Source of the DNA: a virus
Direction: 5' to 3' (one strand)
Length of the DNA: 64,000 nt
Virus record (IMG/VR): IMGVR_UViG_3300042923_000502
Location: 64,001-128,000 of that record
The notes under the pieces are model-generated. The model made no database searches, was not told the DNA's origin, and saw only the letters and a list, made by a program, of their open reading frames with translations. Shown here one piece after another: positions 9,471 to 19,120 of this stretch (the first letter of the stretch is position 1; each line of letters opens with the position of its first letter). Both the position numbers and the translations under genes were made by a program.

Positions 9471-9707
9471 TTGAATAAGGAGGAATATGTCATGAAAATG
9501 TATACGAATATGGAGTCTTGGAAAGAATTCAAAGATTGGAATCCTGAAGGAGAAGAAATTTGGGTGTGGAGATACGAATCAGAAGTGCAAGATGATAAAG
9601 TTTACGAAATTGAAGTTGATACAGATGATGTTTTCGATCTTGCAATTGAATTTGATGAATACGATGACGCATTCTTAATTCCATTAAACTCAGTTGACTG
9701 GGTATAG
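9471..9707 (+). CDS. Small acidic hypothetical protein
   Basis: Asp/Glu- and aromatic-rich ORF in the operon. Confidence 0.55.
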   Translation: MNKEEYVMKMYTNMESWKEFKDWNPEGEEIWVWRYESEVQDDKVYEIEVDTDDVFDLAIEFDEYDDAFLIPLNSVDWV

Positions 9708-9717
9708 GAGGATAAAC

Positions 9718-10938
9718 ATGACTTACATTGACATTCAAATTCCATCAAAAGTTGATCACATTATGGATGTTATTGGTGATTATGGTCACTCTGCTTATGT
9801 GGTCGGAGGATGCGTAAGAGATTCCCTTTTGGGCATCTCTCCCAAAGATTGGGATATTGCAACAAGCATGAATCCAAAGACAGTTATTTTGGCATTCGAA
9901 AACCTTGGATACACAGTTGTTCCTACTGGAATTAAACATGGAACAGTAACTATTGTTATTGATGGAGAGCATTTTGAAGTTACCACATATCGCAAAGATG
10001 GAAACTATTCTGATGGACGTAGACCAGATGAAGTTGTATTTACACATCTTATTGAAGAAGATTTGGCACGTAGAGATTTCACAATTAATGCTATGGCTTA
10101 CAATGAAGATGGTTTAGTCGATCCATTCAATGGCTACTATGATCTTCAAGCTAAAATCATTAGAGCGGTAGGAGTACCATCTGATCGTTTTAAAGAAGAT
10201 GGATTGCGTATGTTACGTGCTATTCGATTCTCAGCGACCCTTGGATTTGATATTGAACCAAGAACATATCATGCAATTTTTAACAATCATTGTTTACTAG
10301 AAAATATTTCTGTAGAGCGTAAACGTGAAGAATTGTATAAGATACTTCTTTCCGACAATGCTAGACAAGGAATACTTGATTTGCAAAGAACGTTGTTGAT
10401 GGATCATATCATTTCAGAAATTACAGATGAAAATTTTCTTGATCTTGACAAAATTCCTAAATTTTATGGACTACGTTTAGCTTATTTGCTACTCGACTTT
10501 CATGAGGATAAAGTTAGAGAAATTCTAAACAGTTTAAAGGTTGACAATGAAACAAAGAAGTTGATTATTAATGGCATTGGTGGATATGATCAGATTGATG
10601 ACAAATTTTTCATTACAAGTTACGAAATGAAAAATTTAATCCGCAATTACGGATCACGTGCATTTTGGGGTTCATTGTTGATTGCCAAGTCTTTACATGG
10701 AGACGAATACAATCATATGATCAATTTGTATCAAATTATCATGAACAACAACAAGCAGGGGAAAGAACCTATTTGGCTTAAAGACTTAGCTATTGATGGA
10801 AATGATGTAAAGAAAATGGGTTATGAAGGAAAAGAAATAAGATATGTGCTTGACGAACTTCTTTCATATGTCACATATTTTCCTGAGAGAAACAATAGAG
10901 AATCGCTATTTTCATACATGGAAGGAGGTGTAATATAA
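9718..10938 (+). CDS. cca: tRNA nucleotidyltransferase (CCA-adding enzyme, class II)
   Basis: VGGCVRD, DWDIAT, EVTTYR, DLARRDFTINAMA, EDGLRMLRAIRF, SVER. Confidence 0.92.
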   Translation: MTYIDIQIPSKVDHIMDVIGDYGHSAYVVGGCVRDSLLGISPKDWDIATSMNPKTVILAFENLGYTVVPTGIKHGTVTIVIDGEHFEVTTYRKDGNYSDGRRPDEVVFTHLIEEDLARRDFTINAMAYNEDGLVDPFNGYYDLQAKIIRAVGVPSDRFKEDGLRMLRAIRFSATLGFDIEPRTYHAIFNNHCLLENISVERKREELYKILLSDNARQGILDLQRTLLMDHIISEITDENFLDLDKIPKFYGLRLAYLLLDFHEDKVREILNSLKVDNETKKLIINGIGGYDQIDDKFFITSYEMKNLIRNYGSRAFWGSLLIAKSLHGDEYNHMINLYQIIMNNNKQGKEPIWLKDLAIDGNDVKKMGYEGKEIRYVLDELLSYVTYFPERNNRESLFSYMEGGVI

Positions 10939-11356
10939 AATGTACAAATTTTTGGGAGTAGTACTAATCATTGTTGGAGTGCTTGCATTTCTATATCTTG
11001 GGATTGGATTGGGTATCATTGGATTTGTTCACATTTTTACTGGAGTAGGATCATTGTTTTGGAACATTTGCCTTATCGCTTTCCGTGGTTTGATTGCTTT
11101 TATTGTTGGTGGACTAGGAGTATTCGCTGGAATTTACATGTGGGCAAAAGGTGAGAAATGATGTTCATAATAATTCTTATATTATTTTTGGCATCTGCGT
11201 GGAATATGAATAGAGACACAAATCAATTGCCTGAGGAAAAAGCAACTCCATTAATAATTTTACATTCCTTTATATCCATTGCGGTAATAATATTAGGTCT
11301 TATTGTAGGAGAATGGATTAAGTATTTATAAGATGTAAGATAAAATAAATAATCCC

Positions 11357-11385
11357 TTGACTTTTAGGAGTGAAGGGATTATAAT
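11357..11385 (+). promoter_or_regulatory. SigA promoter inside an inverted repeat
   Basis: TTGACT-17-TATAAT; arms TAATCCCTT (11350) / AAGGGATTA (11381). Confidence 0.75.
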
Positions 11386-11583
11386 ACATAATATAACAAC
11401 AACACATAAGGAGTTGACCGATATGACATTTTTCGGCAAAGTTATTGATGGCAAACCTAGTATTATTGTGGCGAATGGTGAAAGCAAAGGTAATCACATG
11501 ACTCTTGAAGGCTTTGTTAAGATGAAGCAAGGATTGAGAGAAAGAACAGCAAATGAAAGATAAAATGATAACAGATTAGCGCA

Positions 11584-11612
11584 TTGACAAATGGGAGTTG
11601 ATGCGCTAAGAT
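11584..11612 (+). promoter_or_regulatory. SigA promoter inside a hairpin, flanked by two motif copies
   Basis: TTGACA-17-TAAGAT; IR TTAGCGCAT/ATGCGCTAA 11576-11609; motif copies at 11549 and 11617. Confidence 0.65.
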
Positions 11613-11651
11613 AGTGACAAGTAGAAGATAAAATGAAAGGAAGATAGTACA

Positions 11652-12083
11652 ATGGGTACACATGAGAAAGTGATGGAATTCATTAATCTTGTCAAAGGTC
11701 ATAAAAACCATGGCACAGGTTATGATGCTCATGAAATTATTGAACGAGTCTACAAGAATGGGAATTGCTATATGTTCGCCAAAACATTGCAATTCATCTT
11801 TCCTCAAGCCGAAATATATAGTGTTGATTGCAGTTGGTTTAGCCATGTAGTAGCTAAAATTGATGGAAAATTGTATGATATCACAGGAGAAGTGAGTGAT
11901 GAATATTCTTACTCTCCTATCTCAAAAGAAGAAGAGGAAGATGCAAGAACATGGTGCTACTCAACATATCTTGATGGTGCTTATGGTCTTCATGACCAAA
12001 GAAATAATCCAATTGAAAAACTCAGTGACTTGAGGATGAATGCTACTAATACGGGTTGGGATATTGAATCATGCCTAAATTAA
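11652..12083 (+). CDS. Hypothetical protein with papain-like Cys-His-Asp pattern
   Basis: GNCYMFA, HVV, YDITG. Confidence 0.5.
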   Translation: MGTHEKVMEFINLVKGHKNHGTGYDAHEIIERVYKNGNCYMFAKTLQFIFPQAEIYSVDCSWFSHVVAKIDGKLYDITGEVSDEYSYSPISKEEEEDARTWCYSTYLDGAYGLHDQRNNPIEKLSDLRMNATNTGWDIESCLN

Positions 12084-12315
12084 TGATGCGCAATGGCGAC
12101 TTCATGAATGTTCGATGTGAAAAGTGTGGAAGTTTTGTCCTTAAAAATCTTTGGGGTCAAAGATGGTGTTGGAGTAGTAAATGTGGATGGTTTGATGACA
12201 CTATAACAACGGACTATCCATTGCCTAAAGATGAAGAAACTAAAACCGAAAAGCCTAAAAAGGTTGTCAAACGCAAGAAAAAATAAAAACTTTCCATTAA
12301 AAGGAGAAATTAAAA

Positions 12316-14361
12316 ATGACAATTCAAGTTAACGCTCAAAACTATGACAATAGCAAACATGACTACCCAGGATTTTTGGATTCTATCAAAGCAAATTTCA
12401 ATGCTATTGTTGGTAGTGGAGTATCACTTTTCACTACGGACGTTCAAGAGGATTTGTTTGAAGTATTCTTGAGCAATATTGGTGAAGATGCAAGAGGTCA
12501 TTATACTTGCCGCGAATGCGCAAAGTTCGTTAATCGTTTTGGTGGATTGGTTACAATTAAAGACAAGGGTAAAGTTGTTCCTGTAATGTGGGATGACAAA
12601 AATGTACCTTCATACTTTGCTAATGCCGTAAAAGAGTTGAAGAAAGTTGTGGCTAAAGCAACGGTTACAGGAGTATTCTATACTAGCGAAAATAAGCTTG
12701 GTCAGCCAAAAACTGGTGTATGGAATCATATGAATGTTGAACTTCCAAGAGATATGATCTTTAAGGATGTTGTCAAGACAGCGGATCAAAAAATGGCACA
12801 ACGACTTCAAGACTTCATCAACCTTTCCGATAGTTTGAAAGATTACAAACTTGAAACCACAAATACAGCACTTGAACTTTTAACAAGTGATGCTCTCTAT
12901 AGAACGGATAAAGTTCTTGGTGTAGCTAAATGGTTCCAAAAAGTTCAAGAAGAGTATGCAAGTGTCAAAGTGGCTAAAACCAAGAAAAATGTTATTTGGA
13001 AAGCCGTAGCGACAGCGCCAGTTAAGTTCCCGCAAGTAAGAAGCTCAATGATTGGTACGCTTCTTGATGACATCGAAGAAGGACTTGATTTTGCATCTAT
13101 TAGTACAAGATTTAAGAGCAAAATGAGTACCTACATGATCTCACAAGCGGCACCATCCGATGGCAATGTACAACAAGCCGAAAAACTTGTTAAGCAACTT
13201 GGCATTGAGAACTCATTGATTAGAGAGTATGCAAAGCTTGATGATATTCCTGAATTCATTTGGAGAGATAAGAAGCATGAACCGAAAGTTTTAAAAGGAG
13301 AAGTTGGCGGAATCTTTGGGAATATTGTTACCAAACAAAAAGAGCAGGCACAAACAAGTCCTCAAATGGCTATGCCTACAAGTACTATGACATGGAAGAA
13401 GTTTGAAGAAACCGTATTGGGATCAGCGGAAAAGATTGAAGTTTCCGTTGATAATACCAATCGTCTCATGGCATTGGTCAATGCATATGACAAAACATCT
13501 CCTAATATTCTTCAATGGGACAATGCTTTTAGTTGGTATTATCATGGTGGTATTGATGGTGAAATGAAGAAGCGTATTGAGAATGCTGGTGGACGTTATA
13601 GTAACAATGAAATTCGTTGCTCATTGATTTGGGATGGATATACGGATTTGGACATCCATTGCATTACACCTAACGGAACTCATATTTATTGGCAGAGTAA
13701 GAAAGACTTCCGTAGTGGAGGACATCTTGATATTGATGCAAATGGTATTGATGGAAAAACAATGACTCCAGTTGAGAATATGAGATGGGCAGATAATGCT
13801 CCCGAAGGGAATTATAGATTCTATGTAAATAACTTCTCTCAACATGGATACGGTGAAACTTCGTTCAAGGTAGAGCTTGAAATCAATGGCAAGATTTATA
13901 CTAAGACAGGATCATTAGGTAACAAGCGTCAAGTCGATGTGTTCAACTTTAGATACATCAAGGGACAACAACCCAACATTCAATCGGAAAGTGTGTCTTC
14001 AAGCCAAGATTGGAACATTCCATTGAATACGTTCGTGGAAGTTAGGGGAATTGTCAATTCTCCTAACATGTGGGGAAGTAAGAAAGTGACAAATGCAGGG
14101 CATCACATCTTCTTCTTAATTAATGGTTGCAAGGATTTGTCCGAAGGAAAGGGAAGAGGATTCTTTGTGGAAAGCCTTAAACCGGAATTCCATGAGATTA
14201 GAAAGACGTTACAAGCATATACCGCAACCACTCCAATCTACGGTGTTGAAGAAGCATCAGCGTGTGGTGTAGGACATTCGAAAGATAGTGAATGGAATTT
14301 GCTTGTGAGAGTGAAAACCAATAATACAACACGTGTAATCAAGATTGATAGATGGGATTAA
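12316..14361 (+). CDS. Large phage protein with a YfaP/DUF2135-like insert
   Basis: HYTCRECxxF near the N-terminus; LIWDGYTDLDIHCITP...LDID...VEN insert. Confidence 0.6.
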   Translation: MTIQVNAQNYDNSKHDYPGFLDSIKANFNAIVGSGVSLFTTDVQEDLFEVFLSNIGEDARGHYTCRECAKFVNRFGGLVTIKDKGKVVPVMWDDKNVPSYFANAVKELKKVVAKATVTGVFYTSENKLGQPKTGVWNHMNVELPRDMIFKDVVKTADQKMAQRLQDFINLSDSLKDYKLETTNTALELLTSDALYRTDKVLGVAKWFQKVQEEYASVKVAKTKKNVIWKAVATAPVKFPQVRSSMIGTLLDDIEEGLDFASISTRFKSKMSTYMISQAAPSDGNVQQAEKLVKQLGIENSLIREYAKLDDIPEFIWRDKKHEPKVLKGEVGGIFGNIVTKQKEQAQTSPQMAMPTSTMTWKKFEETVLGSAEKIEVSVDNTNRLMALVNAYDKTSPNILQWDNAFSWYYHGGIDGEMKKRIENAGGRYSNNEIRCSLIWDGYTDLDIHCITPNGTHIYWQSKKDFRSGGHLDIDANGIDGKTMTPVENMRWADNAPEGNYRFYVNNFSQHGYGETSFKVELEINGKIYTKTGSLGNKRQVDVFNFRYIKGQQPNIQSESVSSSQDWNIPLNTFVEVRGIVNSPNMWGSKKVTNAGHHIFFLINGCKDLSEGKGRGFFVESLKPEFHEIRKTLQAYTATTPIYGVEEASACGVGHSKDSEWNLLVRVKTNNTTRVIKIDRWD

Positions 14362-14372
14362 TTTAAATGTAT

Positions 14373-14400
14373 CATTGGGCGGCTAACTTGTCGCCCAATG
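14373..14400 (+). terminator. GC-rich hairpin after the 681-aa gene
   Basis: CATTGGGCGGC/GTCGCCCAATG; weak U tract. Confidence 0.5.
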
Positions 14401-14798
14401 GATTCATTAAAGGAGGACAATATGGATTCTAGAGAAATTTTTGATCTAATTCGTGCATGGGAATATGATGCAGGAGAATCATTTGTTGATTATTGGGGAT
14501 ACAATCTAAATGTTCCAAATTTCATGTTTTGGTGTGTTGGTAAAGGTGTATTGACACAAGCTCAATTTAACGTATGGGAAAGAGATTTTCAATTAAAGGG
14601 TATATTTGACTCATTGAAAGCAAGTGATCCAAACTATTTCATTGACGGAGACACTACAGAAGAATTGGCTTATGCTATTGGCGATATGGACAATGAACAA
14701 TTCTACGGATTAATTACATTGTCTCAATTTATTGCGGATAGCATGATTTATCAAAAGAGATTAATGGACTTCTTGAACAATGTAGAGGGTGATTAATA

Positions 14799-15188
14799 AT
14801 AATTTACAATTTAATTGTTGCAGGTGGAAGAGACTTTGATGACTTTGAACTACTTGAACGAGAAGTCTTGTCTTTCATCAAAGAAAAAGGCTTAAACTTA
14901 CGAGAAGTTAAGATTGTAAGTGGTGGTGCAGATGGTGCAGACACATTAGGCGAAGAGTTTGCTAAGAAGTATAAGATGAAACTTTGTCGTAAAAAGGCGA
15001 ATTGGAACAAGTACGGTAGAGCCGCTGGTCCGATTCGCAATAAAGAGATGGCGGTTTATGCTAAGGGTGGCGGTTGTATATGTTTTTGGGATGGAGAAAG
15101 TTCTGGAACAGCTAATATGATTTGGAATTCGAACCAAGAGCAATATGATCTTGATTCAAAGGTTGTATACTATGAAAAAAAAGGATGA
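14799..15188 (+). CDS. SLOG superfamily (DUF2493/YspA-like) protein, probable ATA/ATT start
   Basis: In-frame LIVAGGRDF upstream of the tracked start; IVSGGADGAD, ANWNKYGRAAGPIRN, FWDGESSGTANMI. Confidence 0.8.
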   Translation: MIYNLIVAGGRDFDDFELLEREVLSFIKEKGLNLREVKIVSGGADGADTLGEEFAKKYKMKLCRKKANWNKYGRAAGPIRNKEMAVYAKGGGCICFWDGESSGTANMIWNSNQEQYDLDSKVVYYEKKG

Positions 15189-15195
15189 TGAATAA

Positions 15196-15924
15196 ATGGC
15201 TATTGTTTTTATTGACGATGAAATTCGCGGACAATTGGCTAACTCTATTAAATTCTCAAGAGACTTTTACGCAAAACCAAGCAACATTTTATTGGAGCAT
15301 CCAAATGGAGAAGATTATATTGTATTGAAGAATAGACATTTTTATAATCACGACAAACAAATTCGTCCATCAGATATAAATGAATATACTAAGTTAGAAG
15401 AAAGAGTTGTTTACAATACTATTCTTAATGGTGGTTATCATATGGTGGCAAGAGAATTGAATGTAAATGGAATGAATCTCATTATTGACAAAGATTTTCT
15501 AAATCCAAATGGACAAAGAATTTTAGAGGAGATGATTAGTGTGAGTGAGGAAAACAACTTTGAAATTGGAGACAAGGTAGTGCCGACTGGCGATAGTTTA
15601 CACTATCCAATAGATGAAACTACTGCTTGGAAAGGTGCAAAACAAATCAACCAGCCATTCCTTTATGTTGTTGGATTTGGTAAAATTAAGGGAAAGTGTT
15701 CGGTAAATGTTAATTATGTAAAAAATGGGTGTCCACTTAGCTATTTTACAAAAGAAAATCTTAAACATTATGAGGAACAAAAAATAGGTGTTGCAGAATC
15801 GGAAGAAGAAGAACAAGAATATACCAACAGTGAATTTGAATATACGGTCGAAGAGTTGATTTTTCTCATTGAAACAGGAATTCTTCAACCTCAAGACGTT
15901 CTATTTGTCAAACGTGTAAAATAA
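15196..15924 (+). CDS. GDKVxP paralog family member 1 (family domain in the C-terminal half)
   Basis: FEIGDKVVP...QPFLYV...LIETGIL...D. Confidence 0.7.
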   Translation: MAIVFIDDEIRGQLANSIKFSRDFYAKPSNILLEHPNGEDYIVLKNRHFYNHDKQIRPSDINEYTKLEERVVYNTILNGGYHMVARELNVNGMNLIIDKDFLNPNGQRILEEMISVSEENNFEIGDKVVPTGDSLHYPIDETTAWKGAKQINQPFLYVVGFGKIKGKCSVNVNYVKNGCPLSYFTKENLKHYEEQKIGVAESEEEEQEYTNSEFEYTVEELIFLIETGILQPQDVLFVKRVK

Positions 15925-15932
15925 TGAATACA

Positions 15933-15966
15933 AGTGATAGATAAAACCAAACTTTTATCTATCACT
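15933..15966. repeat. Palindromic site 1
   Basis: AGTGATAGATAAAA-CCAAAC-TTTTATCTATCACT. Confidence 0.95.
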
Positions 15967-16298
15967 CAAAGGAGAGAGTAAAATGATGGAGATTAACTAT
16001 ATGAATATTGGAGAATTTGCTGATGATGGCTATTTGCAAGAAGTTAATAGAAGATTCTTTCATCCTCTTGGATTAGCTCTTGAAGTTAACACTCATGAGG
16101 ACGGAAGTAAGACTTTAGGCGGGATTTGGGACTACCGCGAAAGTCCAACAGGAGTTTACTTTGCCGATTCTATTACAAAGCTTGAGAAGTTCAAAAGTCG
16201 TGCGGAGAGATTCGATGAATTATTTCAGAAAAAGCTGCTTGAGCGCTATAACCTTCTAGGATATGGGATTCAAGAACCTTATAAGGGAGACGATGAGA

Positions 16299-16607
16299 AT
16301 GTATAAAATAGGTGATAAAGTACGACCAGTAGCTAAAACTGTAGGAATGCCGTGGGATCAGTGTGGTGCTATTCGTGAAATGGAAAGACTAAATCAAGAT
16401 TTCCTTTATGTTACCTACGTTTACAATAGGAACACATTTGGTTGCAATGTTATGGATGAAGATATTGTATTGAGTGAATTTGCTCTTAGTGATCTTGAGC
16501 CGTATGAAGAGTCTTCAAATCTCATAGAAGTAGACAGAACTTCGCTACTTCAATTGTTGCAAGAAAACTTTTTCAAGGAAGATGTTCGGTTTTTCATATC
16601 TAAGTAA
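16299..16607 (+). CDS. GDKVxP paralog family member 2
   Basis: YKIGDKVRP..KTVG...QDFLYV. Confidence 0.7.
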   Translation: MYKIGDKVRPVAKTVGMPWDQCGAIREMERLNQDFLYVTYVYNRNTFGCNVMDEDIVLSEFALSDLEPYEESSNLIEVDRTSLLQLLQENFFKEDVRFFISK

Positions 16608-16632
16608 TAGATAAAATGTGAATTTTATCTAT
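16607..16632. repeat. Palindromic site 2
   Basis: ATAGATAAAA-TGTGAA-TTTTATCTAT. Confidence 0.95.
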
Positions 16633-17136
16633 GGAGGAACGAGGTGAGCATAATGACGACAACTAAGCGTCAAGTTATTTATGATGAATATGGAAACATA
16701 AAGTATACATCACGTGAGGTTGAAGTAAAATCGGCAAATCAAGTATTGTTTGAATTCTCCATTGGTCTTGCAATCGTTGCATGTGTCTTACTATTAGTAT
16801 AGGAGTGATAATGTGTCAACAATTCCTGATAGAGCAATATGGTTTTTTGAATCGGAAATGAAAAGTCAATTTGTAGGATACTCAATCGAAAGAGTATCTG
16901 ATCATCTTGAATGTATCACAATCAAGTCTAAGACTTTATCAAGATATAAATCGTTTCTTGGCATAAAATATTTTAAAGAGTATATTATTTTCGAAAAAAA
17001 AGCTCAACTTTGACTATGAATTTGTAGCGTATTATTTTGGACGCGAATTTCTCATTAAATGTGCCGTTAATGATGATACAAAAGAAGTTTACTGGAAAGT
17101 AAGAAGAATATTTAATGAAAATGGAGGAATTTATTA

Positions 17137-17742
17137 ATGGAATCTAATCGTAAATACAAAATCGGTGATAAGGTTATTCCATTTCAAAAGACAGTAGGTA
17201 TTTATGGAAATCTAAGTGATTCTATTGTATGGAAGACAGCAAAAGACAATGACCAGCAATTTCTTTATATAACAAGAATTGAAATCTTAGAAGAAAGAGA
17301 CGATGTTTATTTTTACGTTTTAGACTCAGAAAAAGATAGTAAAACAGGTGACTACTTTAATGAAGAAGATTTTGTGCCATTCTCAGAAAACAAGTCACAG
17401 TCATTAAAATATCATCTTGACAAAATAAAGGAACTTGGATACTTTGTTGTTAAAAGTGAATACGAAAACCATGTCAGTGTATTAATTACAAGTCCACTTG
17501 AATTTGACTTAGACTCAACAGAAAATGTCCCAAATTATGGAGATTTGATGGAATTGGATGAATTCATTGACATGTGTGATTGCGGAAGTCTCATTGATTA
17601 TGATGGTTGTGGAGACATTGTTTACAATAACAAAGTTATATACCATGGCATTTATCCTTCTGATGTGGAAGTATATCAAAAACAATTAGAAGATTTACAA
17701 AAAGAGCTTGGCAAAATACAGATTATGTGGTATAATAAGTAA
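17137..17742 (+). CDS. GDKVxP paralog family member 3 (with an extra C-terminal domain)
   Basis: YKIGDKVIPFQKTVG...QQFLYI. Confidence 0.7.
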   Translation: MESNRKYKIGDKVIPFQKTVGIYGNLSDSIVWKTAKDNDQQFLYITRIEILEERDDVYFYVLDSEKDSKTGDYFNEEDFVPFSENKSQSLKYHLDKIKELGYFVVKSEYENHVSVLITSPLEFDLDSTENVPNYGDLMELDEFIDMCDCGSLIDYDGCGDIVYNNKVIYHGIYPSDVEVYQKQLEDLQKELGKIQIMWYNK

Positions 17743-17848
17743 TGTACAAAAGAGATATAAAATGTTGCACTTGGAGCGATAAGCTCCAAAATTTTTACCT
17801 ACCGGGTCTGAGCCAGTGATCAGTCGAAAAATAAATGATCATTAGCTC

Positions 17849-17877
17849 TTGACAAGTGACAGATAAAATGATATAAT
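17849..17877 (+). promoter_or_regulatory. Consensus SigA promoter with the repeated motif in its spacer
   Basis: TTGACA-agtgacagataaaatga-TATAAT. Confidence 0.85.
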
Positions 17878-17950
17878 AAAGACCTAGCGTGAAAGAAGTT
17901 AGTAAGTGCTTCACAAATATAAGATAAAATTACATGGAGGTAATAACAAG

Positions 17951-19030
17951 ATGGCAAAAGAAAAAGAACAGAAGGAATTGGTACAAACTAAATCTAACTT
18001 TACATTCAAAGGTATTGTAGATGGATTAGACAAAGACAATGCTTGGAAAGAAGACACAATCGGCAAAGGTAAAAGCAAAGGCAAAGCTTATCGTGCTATT
18101 CGTTTCCAACTTCAAACAAGTCCAACAAACAAATTGTCCGTAGAGTTGTTTGGTATGGAACAAGATTATGTGTATCCTTATAGCAAAGCCGAAAAAAAAT
18201 CTAAGAAAACCGAATTCTCTAAGCGTAACAATCTTCCAAAAGGCTATCACATCATTGGTATTAACGTAGGTCTTGAACAAAATGAAGCGGGTAAGAATAT
18301 TCGCAAGAGCTTAGTAGATTATGATGCCGCAGAGTATATTTGGGATAACCTTGAGAATGGTGATAGTGTTACGGTAAGTGGTGAAGTTGCTTTCTCAACT
18401 TACGAAAATTCCGAAGGAACCGTAATTGATCAAACAAAGTTTATCATTAAAAACATTTATCGTGAAAAAGACCCTATCAACTTCAATGATGAAAAGTTCG
18501 AAGAAGTAATTGCTTTCGATCAAGAAATTGTGTTCGTTGAGTCCGAATTCGTCAAAGAAGAAGGCGCGGTATATGTTAGCGGATATACAATTCAATATGG
18601 TAACAAGTTTACACCAGCTAAATTCGTCATTCGTCCAGAAGGAAATAAGAGCATTGAAAAAACCGCAAATGCCTTTGTTAAGAAAATGAAAGGTGGAGAC
18701 TTTGTTAAGGTATATGGTGTAGCCTTGAATAAAGCCGAAACGGTTGAAGTTGATGCTTCCGAAGTTGAGGATGATGAAGAAGATATTTTTGGTGGCGTTA
18801 AGCCAAAAGGCTATGAAAAGAATGCAATTACAAGCTATACTCAAGAATTGCGTATCACAGGCGCAGATGGTTCCACTTACGTCAAAAGCTTGTATGATCT
18901 TGATACAGACTTCGTAATTGAGGAACTTGTGGAAGAAGAAGTTGACTTTGGAGACGATGATGACGACTCTATTGACTTTGGTGGAGATGGAAAAGTATTA
19001 GATATTAGTGACGATGATTTACCTTTTTGA
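17951..19030 (+). CDS. Putative single-stranded DNA-binding protein
   Basis: OB-like segments (GDSVTVSG, GDFVKVYG), acidic tail ending DDDLPF, next to a recombinase-like ATPase. Confidence 0.7.
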   Translation: MAKEKEQKELVQTKSNFTFKGIVDGLDKDNAWKEDTIGKGKSKGKAYRAIRFQLQTSPTNKLSVELFGMEQDYVYPYSKAEKKSKKTEFSKRNNLPKGYHIIGINVGLEQNEAGKNIRKSLVDYDAAEYIWDNLENGDSVTVSGEVAFSTYENSEGTVIDQTKFIIKNIYREKDPINFNDEKFEEVIAFDQEIVFVESEFVKEEGAVYVSGYTIQYGNKFTPAKFVIRPEGNKSIEKTANAFVKKMKGGDFVKVYGVALNKAETVEVDASEVEDDEEDIFGGVKPKGYEKNAITSYTQELRITGADGSTYVKSLYDLDTDFVIEELVEEEVDFGDDDDDSIDFGGDGKVLDISDDDLPF

Positions 19031-19120
19031 TCAAATCGTAACAAATAGAAGATAAAATAAATAACATGGAGTGTTGGTAACACAACACTCCAAAACAAAA
19101 TAATAGGAGGAATTTTATAA

